Source: a virus
Taxonomy: Duplodnaviria; Caudoviricetes
Virus record (IMG/VR): IMGVR_UViG_3300037467_001959
Coordinates: 1 to 48,687 of that record
DNA: 48,687 nucleotides
Direction: 5' to 3' (one strand)
Each line of letters starts with the position of its first letter. The first letter of the stretch is position 1. A program made the translations under genes and the position numbers. This document shows, piece by piece, positions 47,711 through 48,687 of the stretch. The notes under the pieces were generated by a model. It was not told the DNA's origin and ran no database searches. It worked only from the letters and a program-made list of their open reading frames with translations.

Positions 47711-48687
47711 GCACCCCGATTTACGACCCGCAGACCTGGGTGGACGGCGAGTCCGGCAACACCCCGATCAACGCGCCCCGGCTGACGCACATGGAAGACG
47801 GAATCCACAACGCCAGCCTGACCGCCAACGCGGCTGCCGCGCTGATCCCGCCCCAGGGCACCGACGTGCTCGCGCTGCTGAACAACTTCGTGGCGCCCTT
47901 CTCCGCCGTGCAGGGCTACCGCGAGCCGACCGGCACCGAGCTGACCAACGCGCTGGCCGGGCTCGGGAAGATGGTCACCTCCTCGGCCGACGCCGCCACA
48001 CTGCTCACCCCGCTGGGCTTCACCGTCGTCACCGGCGTCGAGGCGGTCAGCAAGCGGTCCTTCGCGCTGGCCTACTCCGCGCCGCCGACCGACCTGCGTG
48101 GCTGGGGTTTCTACCTGTTCGACCTCTCCGCGCCGATCGACTTCGTGATCGAGGCCCCGCACCCGGTCGCGGACCAGTACTCGGAGCAGATGGCCTTCGC
48201 ACACTGGCAGAAGCGCCGGGGCGCGCTGCTCATGGTGGCCGGGGCGCACCGGGACTCGGCCTCAGCGCTGGCGGACGTCACCCACCAGACGAACAACGTC
48301 TTCCATGGCATGGCGGCGGCCTACGCCTCGCGCGGAATCGCCCAGGTGCAGTGGCACGGCTTTGCCGACGCGACCGCACCGGGGCTGACTCAGGTCGTCT
48401 CGGCAGGCACCGGGAACACGGGCGCGGCGGTCAAGCGCGTCAGCACCGAGCTGACGAACGCTGGCTTCGTCGTAGGCAACGCCTGGGACTCCTCGGGGTC
48501 CGGAACTTCCCTGACGGCCGTCACGAACGTCCAGGGCCTCGATGCGGCCGCGAAAGGGTCGGTCTGGGTCCACGTCGAGAACAACTTCACCACCCGCAGC
48601 GACACGGTGGCGAATGCGAAGGCGGTCCAGGCCGTCTTCAGCGCCGACATCGAGCACCTGGACAGTGCGGATGGCGGCTATGCGGCG
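47707..48687 (+). CDS. 3'-truncated tail spike/fibre with a Zn-dependent hydrolase (poly-gamma-glutamate hydrolase-like) domain
   Basis: Manual translation: MSTPIYDPQTWVDGESGNTPINAPRLTHMEDGI anchor, then VIEAPHPVAD..SE, AGAHR, QWHGF, TNVQG, VHVE; open to the window end. Confidence 0.7.
   Translation, partial: MSTPIYDPQTWVDGESGNTPINAPRLTHMEDGIHNASLTANAAAALIPPQGTDVLALLNNFVAPFSAVQGYREPTGTELTNALAGLGKMVTSSADAATLLTPLGFTVVTGVEAVSKRSFALAYSAPPTDLRGWGFYLFDLSAPIDFVIEAPHPVADQYSEQMAFAHWQKRRGALLMVAGAHRDSASALADVTHQTNNVFHGMAAAYASRGIAQVQWHGFADATAPGLTQVVSAGTGNTGAAVKRVSTELTNAGFVVGNAWDSSGSGTSLTAVTNVQGLDAAAKGSVWVHVENNFTTRSDTVANAKAVQAVFSADIEHLDSADGGYAA

Larger units (their letters stand above)
1..48687 (+). mobile_element. 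Morphogenesis region of a large actinobacterial myovirus/prophage (Bxz1/cluster-C-like organisation)
   Basis: Co-oriented portal, protease, capsid, sheath, tube, frameshifted chaperone, tape measure and baseplate genes; high-GC codon usage. Confidence 0.95.

Noticed and set aside
1-48687. tRNA, CRISPR array, intron/intein, integrase, reverse transcriptase or DGR repeats
   Set aside because: None recognised by eye; intergenic gaps are short and explained by terminators and promoters. A covariance-model and repeat search would be needed to exclude them formally

Overview
This window is the virion structure and assembly region of a large, high-GC (roughly 70%) actinobacterial myovirus or prophage. 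Its gene order and capsid/protease sequences resemble the Bxz1/cluster-C-like contractile-tailed actinophages (recalled similarity, not searched). All real genes are on the + strand, many joined by ATGA/TGATG overlaps. Order: putative internal head proteins, portal, two multidomain cargo proteins (ParB-like, GNAT-like and two ADP-ribosyltransferase-like domains; SWIM plus NUDIX), a membrane/lysis cassette without an endolysin, prohead protease, an HhH-glycosylase-like protein, scaffold, decoration protein, major capsid, neck and fibre genes, a Fet4-like iron permease, sheath, tube, a -1 frameshifted tail chaperone, tape measure, baseplate, and a truncated tail spike with a Zn-hydrolase domain. 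No terminase, tRNA, CRISPR or integrase is visible. The main signals beyond ordinary annotation are: (1) a recurring bipartite promoter-like motif CCTGTC-N19-21-CCAA-N3-G-YGA upstream of about 10 genes; (2) a perfect 15-bp hairpin covering the protease RBS and start codon, with one promoter copy positioned so its own transcript escapes the hairpin; (3) His-rich effector polyproteins punctuated by [K/R/H]-x-A motifs, suggesting protease-released, injected enzymes; (4) three DnaA-box-like 9-mers written in rare codons inside a tail gene.
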